Assembly (NCBI GenBank): GCA_963785305.1
Contig: CAWAUV010000007.1
Span: 1,760,001-1,824,000, forward strand
From: an uncultured Planctomycetaceae bacterium
Lineage (GTDB): Bacteria; Planctomycetota; Planctomycetia; Pirellulales; PALSA-1355
Length of the DNA stretch: 64,000 nucleotides
Direction: 5' to 3'
Shown here: one piece after another, positions 25,629 through 38,167 of the stretch
Numbering within the stretch: position 1 is the stretch's first letter
Layout: the number at the start of each line of letters is the position of its first letter
The notes under the pieces: generated by a model
What the model saw: only the letters and a program-made list of their open reading frames with translations
Database searches by the model: none
What the model was told of the DNA's origin: nothing
Made by a program: the position numbers and the translations under genes

Positions 25629-27178
25629 CTAGGGCGCCGATAAAAATTCGCGATATTGCCGGTCGAGCTCCGGATAGTCGACGCCGGTGCTTTCGGCCAG
25701 CGTCCGTTCGGTCGCGTGGCCGGCATAGACGGCGCGCAGATATTCGGTCAGCGCCGGGCGGTAGCGGCCCAAGTGATCATGCATGAGAAACGTGGCGAGG
25801 CCGGCCGATTCAGTATAAAGCTTGGCGATGTTCGGGTCGCCCTTGAGTCGGTCGAGGCCGTAGGCGACAAGCTCGGCGAGCGGCGTGTACACGCCTTCGA
25901 CAAGCAACCGCTGGCGGGCGACCGGCATGCGGCCGGCGTCGAGTCCTCCGAGCGTGTAGCGGTCGGGCGCGCTCTGGGTGAGCGATTCGAAATAGCAGGC
26001 GATGCCCTCGGCGATCCAGATATTGTTTCGCTGGCCGACATCCTTCGCCGACGGAACCGCTTCGTAAAACAGTTGATGCGTCGCCTCGTGGTAAACGAGT
26101 CGAGCCTGCTGCTCATTGCCGGCGAAGAAATAGGCGCGGCGTTGGCGGTCGGAATAGAGTCCGAGCGTGATATCGATTTGCGGCTGATGCGGACGGAGAT
26201 AGTCGTTATAGCCGGCGCGATCACGGAAATAAGCGACTTCGTGCTTCTGAGCGTCGCGCGGGGCAAGTCCCTTGCCAGCGAAGCGCGCGGCCAAGTGATC
26301 GGGCTTTTCGAGATAACCGATGAATAAACATTCCCAAAAGTCGTGAAATCGCTCGAGCCGCTCCGCCAGTGCGACGCCTTGCTCGAGCCCGTGGTTCGTG
26401 GTGATTACATAGTTGGCCGATTCGATTCGCCAGCCGTTTTCGATTTCGGCATGCAGGCGGCGATCTTCCTCGTCGCTGATCCACCGATTCTGAAAGTAGC
26501 GGGCGCCGGCTTCGTATTTTGCGACATGGCTTTTGGGAATCCAGCCGAAGCGGGCGTGCCAGGTCTTGCCGGCGCCGGCCTGGTGAATGGCAAACGGCCG
26601 GCGCCACTGTCGACTCTTGGGCGCCTGGACATAACCCAGCAGCCGGCGAGCTTCCTTATGTTCGGGATTTTCGTGCGCGGCTTCGAGCACCAACTCCATT
26701 GCCAACGACGAGCGCCGGGCCGCGACCGCCTCGCGCCAGGGCAAACACATCCTCGGCCCGCGCTTCGCGCAGCTTGCGAAACTCGCCGAGCCAAGCCGCC
26801 GGTTCGGGCAGCGACCAGGGCGCTTCGTCGGGCAACACGAACAACGTAATGACATCGGGCGGGCGCGGCGGGAGCCAGCTGCGCACTTCGCTAGCTGGCC
26901 CGGCAAGCCCTTGACGCTCGAGCGATTGGGCCAATGTGTCGAGCTCTCCCGTATAGCGGGCATGGAGCATGGAGCGCGCCGAGGCAATGGCGTCATTGGC
27001 GCGTAGCTGGGGGAACGGCATCGCCGGCGCTCGCCGAGCCAGTGGTATCGCCCGCGCGGGCGGCGTGCGTCGCGGCGCAAAGAGCGATGGCGACAAACAG
27101 CAGTGCCGGCGCAAGCCTCGCGATCGACCGCCCGGCCCGAGTCAAGCCGCGGCAACGCAAACCAAGCGGAAACGCCAA
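25629..27178 (-). CDS. Secreted DUF1570-like HExxH protein; frameshifted N-terminus
   Basis: YHEATHQL and WIAEGIACYFE motifs; signal peptide in the 26993-27178 frame. Confidence 0.7.
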
Positions 27179-27289
27179 GTGAAAAACCGGGGCGCCGATG
27201 GCGTCACCTCGCTCCGACTAGGATCGGCAGTAGCAATCTATTCCAGCATACCATGCTCGCCCGCGCGATGAACTCCCTTGGCGCCCCGA

Positions 27290-28288
27290 TTATCGCTCGG
27301 CAAACGCCGAGTCAAACGCCTGCCGGCTGGGAGCGAAATCGAGGTTCTGCACGAACTGACACGCCTCGCGCGCCCCGTGTTCGCGATCCATGCCCGGGTC
27401 TTCCCATTCGACCGAGAGCGGTCCATCGTAGCGAATCTCGTTGAGTGCCCGAATGATCGCCTCGAAGTCGACCGAACCTCGGCCGGGCGAGCGAAAATCC
27501 CAACCGCGGCGTGGATCGCCGAAGTCGAGATGGCTGCCGAGCACGCCGGACCGACCACCGAGCGATACCGCGGCGTCCTTGATATGCACATGATAAATCC
27601 GCGCGCCGAACTCGCGAAGAAACTCGACCGGATCGACCCCTTGCCAGACAAGATGGCTGGGGTCGAAGTTGAAGCCGAATTCCTCGCGCTCGTCGACCGC
27701 TTCGAGCGCCCGCCGGGCGGTGTGAAAGTCGAAAGCGATTTCCGTCGGATGCACTTCGAGCGCGAACCGCACGCCGCATTCGCCAAACACATCGAGAATC
27801 GGATTGAATCGCTCGGCGAAGAGATCGAATCCACGGTCGATCATGGCCCGCGGCGCCGGCGGAAACGAATACACCAGCGGCCAAATGCTCGAGCCGGTGA
27901 AACCATTGACCACGCCCACGCCGAGCTTCCGGGCGGCGCGGGCCGTGTTTTTCAGTTCCTCGGCCGCGCGGTGATTCACGCCCTCGGGTTCGCCATCGCC
28001 CCAAACTCGCGATGGCAAGATCGCTTGGTGCCGCTCGTCGATCGTGTCGAGCACCGCCTGGCCCACGAGATGCGCACTAATGGCATGCACGTCGAGATCG
28101 TGCTGTTCGAGCAGATCGCGGCGGCCGGCGCAATAGCCATCGATCGTGAGCGCCTTGTCGACTTCGAAATGATCGCCCCAGCAGGCCAGCTCCAGACCTT
28201 GATAACCGAAGTCTTGCGCCTTGCGGGCCATGTCTCCAAGCGCCAGATCGGCCCATTGGCCGGTGAACAGCGTGACAGGCCGACTCAT
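27290..28288 (-). CDS. Sugar phosphate isomerase/epimerase (xylose isomerase-like TIM barrel)
   Basis: [35 protein letters not shown] and SVEWED motifs. Confidence 0.9.
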   Translation of the reverse strand: MSRPVTLFTGQWADLALGDMARKAQDFGYQGLELACWGDHFEVDKALTIDGYCAGRRDLLEQHDLDVHAISAHLVGQAVLDTIDERHQAILPSRVWGDGEPEGVNHRAAEELKNTARAARKLGVGVVNGFTGSSIWPLVYSFPPAPRAMIDRGFDLFAERFNPILDVFGECGVRFALEVHPTEIAFDFHTARRALEAVDEREEFGFNFDPSHLVWQGVDPVEFLREFGARIYHVHIKDAAVSLGGRSGVLGSHLDFGDPRRGWDFRSPGRGSVDFEAIIRALNEIRYDGPLSVEWEDPGMDREHGAREACQFVQNLDFAPSRQAFDSAFAER

Positions 28289-28354
28289 GGCAAACACTCC
28301 CCGAAAAATGAGTAAAACTTCCGGCAAAAGGGGCTTCTCAGCCGCCCGCGCCGC

Positions 28355-29194
28355 TTAGCTGCTGGCGCTGCGATAACTCACGAGAGCGCGATGAAACAGC
28401 CAGCGCGAAAACACGAAACTCGCGACCGTGGCTAAAAGCGCATAGCCGGCGAGCGGCCACGACTGCTCGCTGAGCGGCAGCGCCATCAACCTCGCCGGCA
28501 CGTTCACCACTAGCAACACCGGCACGACGAACGTGAAAGCCAGCCGTAGCGGAGTGCCGACCGGACCGGTGTAGATTTCCATCGGATAGCGGGAAAACGT
28601 GGTGATATAGAACCAGAAGTCGTAGAGGTTCTGATTTCTTCCCAGCCACAGACTCGTGGCGGCCAGCGAGATCGTGAGACTGTAGAGAATCACCACCCCG
28701 CAGGCAAGATAGATCGGATAGAGCACGATCTGCAATAGCGTGGGCACAATCGCCAGCTTCCATAGCGAGTATCCGAGCAGTAGCGCCGCGAACAGCACAT
28801 TCACCAAACTCGACCAATCCACTTTTCTGAGCGACACGAGGAACTGGGTGTCGATCGGCTTGAGCAGGGCGAAGTCGAGCGCTCCGGTGCGAATCAATTC
28901 GCTGAACTCCTCGGCGTTGGGCATGAAAAAGGCTTGCACCACGCTGTTGATGAACATGGTGGTGGCGAGAAAGATGAAAAATTGATACTCGCCCCAGCCA
29001 TCGCCGCGGCCCAGCGACGGCGTGTATTTGAACACCAGCACATAGAACCCGAAATTCATCAACATCCAGGAGAGCGACGAGATCGTCTCGATGATGAAAT
29101 TCGCGCGAAAGGTCATGTCGCGCACCAGGCTATTGCGGGCAAACGCCCCGAACACGCCAAGGTAACGCAAGAAGATGTCGACGCGAGACGCCAT
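28355..29194 (-). CDS. ABC-2 family transporter permease (DUF990-like)
   Basis: IRTGALDFALLKP, RYPMEIY, C-terminal YRSASS, about 6 TMs. Confidence 0.85.
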   Translation of the reverse strand: MASRVDIFLRYLGVFGAFARNSLVRDMTFRANFIIETISSLSWMLMNFGFYVLVFKYTPSLGRGDGWGEYQFFIFLATTMFINSVVQAFFMPNAEEFSELIRTGALDFALLKPIDTQFLVSLRKVDWSSLVNVLFAALLLGYSLWKLAIVPTLLQIVLYPIYLACGVVILYSLTISLAATSLWLGRNQNLYDFWFYITTFSRYPMEIYTGPVGTPLRLAFTFVVPVLLVVNVPARLMALPLSEQSWPLAGYALLATVASFVFSRWLFHRALVSYRSASS

Positions 29195-29327
29195 GCGCGA
29201 AGCCCGTTGGGCGGAAGGATTCTTCGGTCGGGAAAGTTCAGCGCGAGCGCCGCCGGTTGCGCGCACGGGCGAACGGCTTCATCTTAGCGGGCAATCGCCC
29301 GCCGGCCAAGAATGGCCCCCGCCATCC

Positions 29328-30578
29328 CAGGGCCAATCATTGTTCTAGTCTAGCGGAAGTCTCCCGCGTAGGATGAGTGTGTACGTGCGTCCACTCACCT
29401 TTATTCTGCTGGAGATGCTTGCATGGCGACTGCCGAAGCAACGAGTCTGCTCGATTTCTTGTCGCGGATTCCCGATCCTCGTGGGCGGCGGGGGCGACGC
29501 TTTTCGCTCTCGGCCATGATGGCCACCGTGGTTTGCGGAATCCTTTGCGGCCACCGAGGTTACAAGGCGATCGCCGATTGGATCGCGTCGCAGGACCGAA
29601 AAATCTGGTGGTTGCTGGGCTATTGGCGCAAGCCTCCTTGCGCCAATGCCTTCCGTGATCTGATCCTGGCCCTCGACCCCGTGATTTTAGAGCAGTGCGT
29701 GCGAGAATGGGTCGAGTCGCAACTGGGCGAGGTTGTGGATGAGGCAAAGTTGTCCGCCGTCGCGATGGATGGCAAGTCCCTGTGCGGAGTGCTGAACGCG
29801 CACGGACGGACGGCCCATCTGCTGTCCTTGTACGACCAAGAAACCGGCTATGTCTTGAGTCAAATGGAAGTCGATGGCAAGACCAACGAGATCACCGCCG
29901 CGCCGGAACTCTTGGAAACGATCGTCTTGAAAGGCCGCGTCATCACGGGCGACGCCCTGCTGTGTCAGCGCGAGATCTGCCAGAAAATCATCGACGGCGG
30001 CGGGCATTATCTCCTGGTGGTCAAAGACAATCAGCCGACTCTAATGCAGGCCATCGCCGCCGAGTTCGAGCCGGCCTTTTCCCCCCTATAACGAGAAGCA
30101 ACGCCAATCCCATCTCGATGTCGCCGAAACGTTGAACAAGGGACACGGCCGGCGAGAACATCGCTCTCTGCAAGCTTCGACCCGGTTGGCGAAGCACTTG
30201 GATTGGCCCGGCCTGGAGCAGGTCTGCCGACTCGACCGCACGACCTGGCGCAAGGGCATTCAGACCCACGAAGTGGCGTATGCCATTTCCAGCGCGCCAC
30301 GACCCAAAGGCTCGGCCGCCGACCTGCTGGGCTGGTGGCGCGGGCACTGGGGCATCGAAAACAAGTCCCACTGGGTTCGCGACGTGGTTCTGGGCGAGGA
30401 CGCCTGCCGAATCCGCAAGGGCAGCGCGCCCCAGGCGTTCAGCACGCTCCGCAATGCGGGCCTTACCCTCCTACGATCGCTAGGCTGCACCCAAATCGCC
30501 CAAACTCTGCGAGAAAACGCCGCCCGAGTCGACCGCCTCCTCACCAGACTCGGCATCTTGAAAGAATGAGCGACCCTG
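29328..30578 (+). mobile_element. ISAs1-family insertion sequence, copy 1
   Basis: IRs CAGGGCCAATCATT / AATGAGCGACCCTG; transposase motifs IPDPR, MDGKSL, TNEI, TGDA, VKDNQ, GHGRRE, HWGIEN and HWVRDV; no target duplication seen. Confidence 0.92.
29423..30569 (+). CDS. ISAs1 transposase split at TTTTCCCCCC (30077-30086)
   Basis: ORFs 29423-30091 and 30132-30569; the same split occurs in copy 2. Confidence 0.85.
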
Positions 30579-32292
30579 GGGACCAGTTCAGCTTATGCGG
30601 CGGTGGCGAGGGGGGTGGAGCGGCGGTGGAAGGGGTGGCCGGGGCGTTGCGAGAGGTAGTCCTTGAGCCGGCCGTCGTCGCTGAGGGCGGCGGCGCGGAG
30701 CTGCAAGATCGCTTCCGCTCCGTCGGGATCGTCCCAGAACATTTCGGTCCCTTTCACGCGCAGGTTCATCTGTTTGATCAGCGACTCCATCGGCGCTGGT
30801 GACCGGCAGGCCCAGGCGGCGATAGCTGGGATAGTCCATCCGCTGGCGATTGTTCGTCAAGTACCGCACGGCGTCGACGAGCGGTTTCTCCGCGTCACTG
30901 GGTTTCGTATCTTCCCAGTCGATGCCCCGCGCGAGGCAGGCTTGCTTGATCTCGTCGATCACGTGATCGACCTGGCCTTGCCAGCACCAGGTGACGAACT
31001 TTAGATAGAGCGACCAACCCTCCGCATCGTTGGCGGCCAGCGCCAGCGCCGCGCGGTAAACGTATTGAATCGCATGAATGAAGTCGAGGACGGGCGTGAA
31101 CGTCGGAAAATGTTTTTTCCAGATCGACCAGTTCCAGTTCAGGCCATCACCGAGGAAGACCCGTAAAGGAGAATCGTAGAACCGGCGCCGCTGGGCTTCG
31201 CGCCGCATCAGCGGGCCGAAATCCTCCGAGCAGGACATACTGCTCAGCGCCGTGCGCAGCACGCGCCGCGGGCCTTCGTACTTCACGCGGCGGGGTTTCT
31301 CGGCGGCGGATTCTTCGCCGGGCGAATCGAGGCGGGGAACCGCTTTTTCCGCGATATTCGCCACTTTTTTCGCGATGCGAAAGGAAGTCGGCAACTCGGG
31401 GCAAGCGTCTTCGTCCGCGACATGCCGCGGGTTGAGAGACATTCGCTCGAACGAAGCGTTCTTCGTTTCGCGCCAGCCTTTCTCGCCCGACGGCACGACG
31501 CCGCGCCCCGGCCCGGCTCGCGCGTGCGAATGCGGCCGCCGTCGCAAGAGACCACCGCCGCTTCCGGCACGACGACTTCCTTGACGACTTTTTTATTGTC
31601 GCTGGGCGCCGGCAGTGCCTTCCCGTCGGCCAGTTCCTGGCCCACCTGTTTCACCAAACGCCGAATCGTGCTGCAGGGAACTTTGTGTCCCAGCACTTGC
31701 TCGGTGGTCACTTCCGCGCGCTTGAACGAACGGACTTCCGCGGCTAGGCAGACCACGGCTCGCGTCAACTCGGGCGTGACCTCGCGGCTATCGAGTCCCA
31801 ACGTCAACCGCTGAGGGAAAAAAAGACCGCCGGCAGCGGTCGCAGTAAGCGGTCGTCTCGGTCACCTCGACCCGGCCATCCAGGCTGGTGACCGGCCTCG
31901 TTGCGGTTTGCACGCGGCACGACGCTCCGCAGGTGGGGCAGTTCGCTTCCGTCGGGCAGCTCGCGGCGACTTCACGCATCGCTCGCTCTTGGGCTTCACG
32001 GCTCAACTCGCGGCCGAGCGTGATAGCATACCGCTCGATGACGCTATAGTGCGGCGTGCCGAGGAACGCCCCCTGCTCGACCATCTCCTCGATTCCCAGT
32101 TCGGCCAGTTCCCGCAAAAGTTCCTTCCTCCTGGCCTCGCGGGCCTGCATCGCGGCGTCCATGCCTAGCGCTCCTTAAGCAAGTTTCGTTCACCGATCAA
32201 ATCCACCTCGCCCAGCTTACCACACAAACCCCGAATTCTCCTATTGACGTTTCCACATCCACCCCCCAACCCGCAAAAGCTGAACTGGTCCC
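30579..32292 (-). mobile_element. ISKra4-like insertion sequence, copy 1, inserted at the right IR of ISAs1
   Basis: IRs GGGACCAGTTCAGCTT / AAGCTGAACTGGTCCC; 9-bp direct repeat GCGACCCTG at 30570-30578 and 32293-32301; transposase motifs CDGG, LGDG, LDFIHA and MESLIK. Confidence 0.88.
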
Positions 32293-32319
32293 GCGACCCT
32301 GGGATTGCTTGGCGTCGGC

Positions 32320-32348
32320 TTGCCTGGTTTGGGCTTAGTCGCTAGAAT
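32320..32348 (+). promoter_or_regulatory. Putative sigma70 promoter of rpmE
   Basis: TTGCCT-17 nt-TAGAAT, ~50 nt before the start codon. Confidence 0.55.
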
Positions 32349-32399
32349 AATGAGCTTTCACCCTTTCATGCGCAAGAATTTTTGTCGGACCGATCTGCC

Positions 32400-32654
32400 A
32401 TGCAAAAAGAAATTCATCCCGAATATTTCGTCACGACCGTCAAATGTGGCTGTGGGAATTCGTTCATCACCCGCAGCACTCGGCCTGAGTTGAAGGTCGA
32501 TATCTGCAATGCTTGCCACCCGTTTTACACCGGCAAGCTCAAGTTCGTCGACACGGCGGGCCGCATCGAGAAGTTCAAGAACAAATTCGCCACGGCCGGC
32601 TATGCTAGTCTGAACCGGGGCAAAAAAGCGGCGCCCGCCAAAAGCGAATCCTAG
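32400..32654 (+). CDS. rpmE: 50S ribosomal protein L31 (Zn-binding type)
   Basis: MQKEIHPEY...CGCGN...[13 protein letters not shown]...DTAGRIEKF. Confidence 0.97.
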   Translation: MQKEIHPEYFVTTVKCGCGNSFITRSTRPELKVDICNACHPFYTGKLKFVDTAGRIEKFKNKFATAGYASLNRGKKAAPAKSES

Positions 32655-32880
32655 GCGTGCTCCGGGTCCCGCGAGCCATGAGCTCGCCAGGGCGCTCGCC
32701 TCATGAGAGGCGACAAACGGCGTATTGTCGCCCGAGCTCGCGTTTTTCCTCGGGGCGGCATTCTCTATAAATTGGTCGGCGCGACGCTCCGGCCCGGTGG
32801 CTCGCGCCGCGGCAGCGCGCGAAAGCTGGCGCTTGGGCGAGCGCTCGGCGGCGCGGGTTGCTCGATGGCGGAATCATCTT

Positions 32881-33960
<1,080 letters not shown>

Positions 33961-34034
33961 CAGTCACGAACCTCGCGGTGAGACCGCGTCGCGCTTCGCA
34001 TTTACATTCCACTCGTCAGCGAGCCGATCGCCCC

Positions 34035-34906
34035 ATGGCCGAAACCGAAGTCTGGACACTCGGCCGTTTGCTTACTTGGACGACCGATTATTTGCGCAAG
34101 AACGGCGCCGATAGCCCGCGGCTCGACGCCGAAGTGCTCCTGGCCCATGTGCGTAATTGCCCGCGAATCGCGCTCTACACCGCCTTCGACGACGTGACCG
34201 GCGACGACGAGCGGAAGGCGTTTCGGGAGCTGGTGAAGAAGCGGTCGAAAGGCGCTCCGGTAGCCCAGCTCGTGGGATACAAGGAGTTCTATTCGTTGCG
34301 GCTGCGAGTGACCGGCGATGTGTTGATTCCGCGGCCGGAAACGGAAACGCTCGTCGTCGAAGCGCTCGACTTTCTCAAGGGACGCTCCGAGCCCCGAGTG
34401 GCCGATGTGGGCGTCGGGAGCGGCGCGATCAGCGTGGCGCTGGCCAAGCATGCGGCGAACTGCCGGATCACGGCGATCGATATCAGTCGCGCCGCGCTCG
34501 AAGTGGCGGCGGACAATGCCCGGCGCCACGGAGTCGACGGTCGCATCGAGTTTCATGCCGGCGATCTCTTCACACCCCTGTCGGCGGAATGGCGGTTCGA
34601 CGCGGTGGTGAGCAATCCACCCTATGTGAGCTCGGCGGAGATGCAGTCGCTGGCGCGCGATGTGCGCGATTTCGAGCCGCATGGGCGCTCGAAGCCGGCC
34701 CGCTGGGCACGGAAGTCATTCAACGGCTCGTTCCCGAAGCAGCCGAGCGGCTGCTGCCCGGTGGACTGCTGCTCATCGAAATCAGTCCGATGATTCACCG
34801 GGCGGTGCATGAAATCCTGGCCACCGACGACCGATTGGAGCCGGCGATTTTCATGAAGGACGCCGCCGGCAAGGTCCGAGTGGCGAAGGCCCGGCGACGC
34901 GGCTAG
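34035..34906 (+). CDS. prmC: Release factor glutamine methyltransferase; frameshift near 34684
   Basis: LIPRPETE, DVGVGSG and NPPY; follows prfA. Confidence 0.93.
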
Positions 34907-35078
34907 TGCTCGTTCACGGCTGAAATGATGGATAATTCGGTTTGCGCGTGTGCCATGCCCACTGCCTTGAGTGGGCATGCTTTCAAACGCCACGCGAAGT
35001 CCTCATGCCCACGCGGGGCCGTGGGCATGGCACGCGGAACCAATCCAACCCGTCATTGCAATTGTGACAAAGCACTAG
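34903..35078. mobile_element. MITE-like element at the prmC stop codon, carrying REP-like hairpins
   Basis: Ends CTAGTGCTCGTTCAC / GTGACAAAGCACTAG; internal hairpins CATGCCCACT-gccttg-AGTGGGCATG and ATGCCCACG-cggggc-CGTGGGCAT. Confidence 0.65.
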
Positions 35079-35184
35079 TCGGACGGACAAAAGGCGCCCG
35101 GAACAGTTGTTGGCTTTTCCGGTCGGACTTTGGAGGCTGCTGAAATATTCAACAGGCTGTTGTGCCGCCCCTCGAAAGGTGGAA

Positions 35185-36027
35185 TTACTTCGGCATCACG
35201 CTCCCCGACCGCCAGGCGTTGGCGTTGGTCAGGCCGACGTCGACGACGATAACTTGGTCGTTGCAGTCCTTATCGCCAAACCACCAGTCTTCGAGACCAA
35301 TAATGATGTACTGGCTGGTGGTGTCTGGAAAGAACGCGATCATATGTTGAAAGTCGTCGATCGGACTGACGCCATTGTAGGCGACTGCCGCGGGCCCGCC
35401 GGAATAGGCAGCCGAAGGGACGCCGCTCGTGCCCACATTCCCGCCTTCAATTCCCTTCATGCCCAAATTGGCCATGCAAAAGGCCAGTTGCTGTCCGGCT
35501 TGAACAGTAGGCAATTGCACGAAGTCGCCGTTAAGCAACGGGTAAGTGAGGCTACGAATTCCCGTGTTCGACGAATAAAGCGGATCGGTGCATAGGCTGC
35601 CATTGGGAAACAGGGTATAGGTCGTTCCGACCGTGGCCCCGGTCGTGGGCGTGGTCGCCGCGCCGATCGTGCAACCGATTTGGTCCACCGCGCCGGTTTC
35701 TTCATAGAGAAAGTAAACGCGGGGAGCATAAGCCGAGATGAAGTACAATCGTTGCGGGTCCAGTTGATTCACGCCGACTCCGGTAAAGGCCACGCCCTCC
35801 GGGAGCTTGGATTTAACATAAGCGAGAAATGTCGGCTCGTAAGACGATTGGAAGGCTTGAGATTGCGAGTCCGAGGCGGCGGTCTGGACATTTCCGACCA
35901 GTTGCTTGCCAAAGTACGGCGATATATTCGATTGAATCGGCGAGTTCGTGCTCGCGACGACCACCGCGCTTGCGCCGACGACGGCGAGGCCCACGAAAAA
36001 GCGGATCAGCGATTTACGAGCGCTCAT
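35185..36027 (-). CDS. Secreted protein with C-terminal DUF4114-like domain
   Basis: Signal peptide; IIGLEDWWFGDKDCNDQVIVVD motif; lower GC than its neighbours. Confidence 0.7.
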   Translation of the reverse strand: MSARKSLIRFFVGLAVVGASAVVVASTNSPIQSNISPYFGKQLVGNVQTAASDSQSQAFQSSYEPTFLAYVKSKLPEGVAFTGVGVNQLDPQRLYFISAYAPRVYFLYEETGAVDQIGCTIGAATTPTTGATVGTTYTLFPNGSLCTDPLYSSNTGIRSLTYPLLNGDFVQLPTVQAGQQLAFCMANLGMKGIEGGNVGTSGVPSAAYSGGPAAVAYNGVSPIDDFQHMIAFFPDTTSQYIIIGLEDWWFGDKDCNDQVIVVDVGLTNANAWRSGSVMPK

Positions 36028-36540
36028 GAGACATGCTTCCAGTGTGTCGGATTTCTCTCGGATTTTCAACGCAAATGACCGCGACGCGACGGCGGAAGTG
36101 TTCCAATTCCTATTTGAAACATAGGACACTTTTTCAAGAAGTCGCGCGGTGGACGACGCCATATTCGGTCTGTCAACGCGAAGTCGTCCGAGGTTTATTC
36201 GTTGTAGCCGGAAACTCCGTTAGGAACGCCAACGCGCGTCGTGCTGGCCGCGAGAGAACTGCTCGCTCCCCCGCGGCGAATATTCCCCGTGGCTTGGAAT
36301 CGCGAGGTCCCAACAAGACGGGTCTGGCAAACGAGACGGGCCTGTCCAAGAAGCGCGGGCAGGGGCTCGCAAAAAGTCGCCGTGCTTGCTCGGGGACGGC
36401 GAGCATGTTAGGTTTGGCGTTACGCGCGGCGCAAGCGAGGAACGCCCGTCGGGGGGCGCGTCGGACGCGCCGCGGAGCTAGTTTCCTCGAGTGGATTTCC
36501 CCCGTCGATGGCGTCGGTCGCGCCAAACTTTCGGTTTTCC

Positions 36541-37273
36541 ATGATCAATCTATTGCTCTTAGTCGTGTTCGGCGCCGTCGTCGCCACCGGCGTCAAGGCG
36601 GGCGTGTGGAGCAATGTGATCCGGCTGTTCAACACGATCACGGCCGGCCTACTGGCGGTAAACTATTTCGAGCCGCTCGCCGATCTGCTCGATGGTTTCG
36701 ACTCGTCGTATCAATACCTTACCGACTTTCTCTCGCTCTGGGCGATCTTCGCCGTGAGCGCTGGTTTGTTGCGAGCGATCACCGACGCCATCTCGCGGGT
36801 GAAGGTCAAATTCATCAAACAGGTCGACCTCGGTCTCGGCATTTTCTTCGCGTGCTGGACCGGCTGGATCATGGTCGGCTTCACGGCGATGACCCTGCAT
36901 ACCGCTCCGCTGGCGCGAGACTTTCTCGGGTTTCAGCCCACGCCGAAGTCGGCGATGTTTCTCGGCTTTCTCGAGCCCGACCGGATGTGGCTCGGATTCG
37001 CCCGAAAAGAATCGCTCGGCGCAGCTCTCGCGAAGCGTCGTTCATAAGGAAGGGGCCGGTTTGTCGAAGCCGGCGCCCAAGGAATTCGACCCCTCGGGCG
37101 AATATGTGTTTAAATACGGCCAGCGCCGCGCCAATTTCGCGGCGCAGAGCGACACTCGCGTCAACGCCGGCAAGTCGCGCTCGCAAGCGCGATCCTCGTT
37201 CTTCGCCCGTCGGATCTCTCGTTTTTCGATCCCGTCGCATGGCAACCTTTCAGCAACCGTCTTTGCCCCATGA
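36541..37273 (+). CDS. CvpA-family membrane protein; frameshift near 37025, end uncertain
   Basis: GVWSNVI, LLAVNYFEPLA and VDLGLGIFF, four TMs. Confidence 0.65.
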
Positions 37274-37979
37274 TGCGAACCCCGCGCCGGGGTCCGCCTA
37301 TCGCTCGGTGTGTCCGGCGGCGCTGGTTGCCTTCGTGCTCGGATTGCTCTCGCCGCTGGCGCTCGCCGGGCCGGTGCTCTGGTTTCTACCGGCGGCGGGC
37401 GTGCTTGCGGCGGCGAGCGCACTGCGCTCGATCGGTCAGCCGGGGGCGATGCTCTCCGGCAGCGGGCTCGCTCGATTTGGCCTATTGTCGTGTCTGTGCT
37501 TCGGCGTGGCCGGGCCGGTCGACATGGGCTATTTTCGGTGGCTGGTCGTTCGCGAGTCGGAGCGATTCGCCGGCTCTTTTTTCCAGGACCTCGCCGCCGG
37601 CCAGCCGCAAAACGCCGTGCAACTTCGCCATATCGAAAGCCGGCGCCGTTCGCCCGGCGACAACCTCTGGGCCGTGCTTCGCGGCGACGCCAAAGCGCGT
37701 CGTGAACTCACGAACTTCGTCGACGAACCGCTCATCAAAACCCTGCTGCTCTTGGGCGAACGGGCACATGCGCGGCGCTATGAAACCCTGGCTATCGAGG
37801 AAAGCGGCGCCCGCGTGTCGCTGGCCCAGATTTATGCGATCACGTTCGACGACGCCGGCCAGCGGACGACGTTTTTCGTGAATCTCGCGCTCGAGCGCAC
37901 CGCGGAAGTCGGCCGCCCGCCGTTCTGGCGAATCGAGACGCTCAATGGTCCGGTCCGGCCGAGTCGCTGGGAACCGTGA
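37239..37979 (+). CDS. DUF4190-like membrane protein
   Basis: YRSV...ALVAFVLGLLS...ALRSI...LSGSGLARFGL pattern. Confidence 0.6.
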   Translation: MATFQQPSLPHDANPAPGSAYRSVCPAALVAFVLGLLSPLALAGPVLWFLPAAGVLAAASALRSIGQPGAMLSGSGLARFGLLSCLCFGVAGPVDMGYFRWLVVRESERFAGSFFQDLAAGQPQNAVQLRHIESRRRSPGDNLWAVLRGDAKARRELTNFVDEPLIKTLLLLGERAHARRYETLAIEESGARVSLAQIYAITFDDAGQRTTFFVNLALERTAEVGRPPFWRIETLNGPVRPSRWEP

Positions 37980-38167
37980 ATTTCTCGGGCCACGCCCGCG
38001 ATCGTGCCTCGAGGCATTGGCGGCTCTGGGATGTCTCGGCAAATTAGGAAAAAGAACATCGCCGTCGCAAACCGTCTTGCTTCGCCTCGGGGTCCCTCGT
38101 AATATGGCCGCCTATTTTGCCGTAAATAGCGACCGATTCTTGATTCTCCGCCCTCGGAATCCCGCCC

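Noticed and set aside
34035..34906. prmC and the other split genes as true pseudogenes
   Set aside because: Single indels with intact motifs on both sides, clustered at GCGC and differing between IS copies, point to sequencing error
36033..37979. 648-aa ORF as one protein
   Set aside because: Only the part from 37239 looks protein-like; the rest overlaps the CvpA-like gene out of frame
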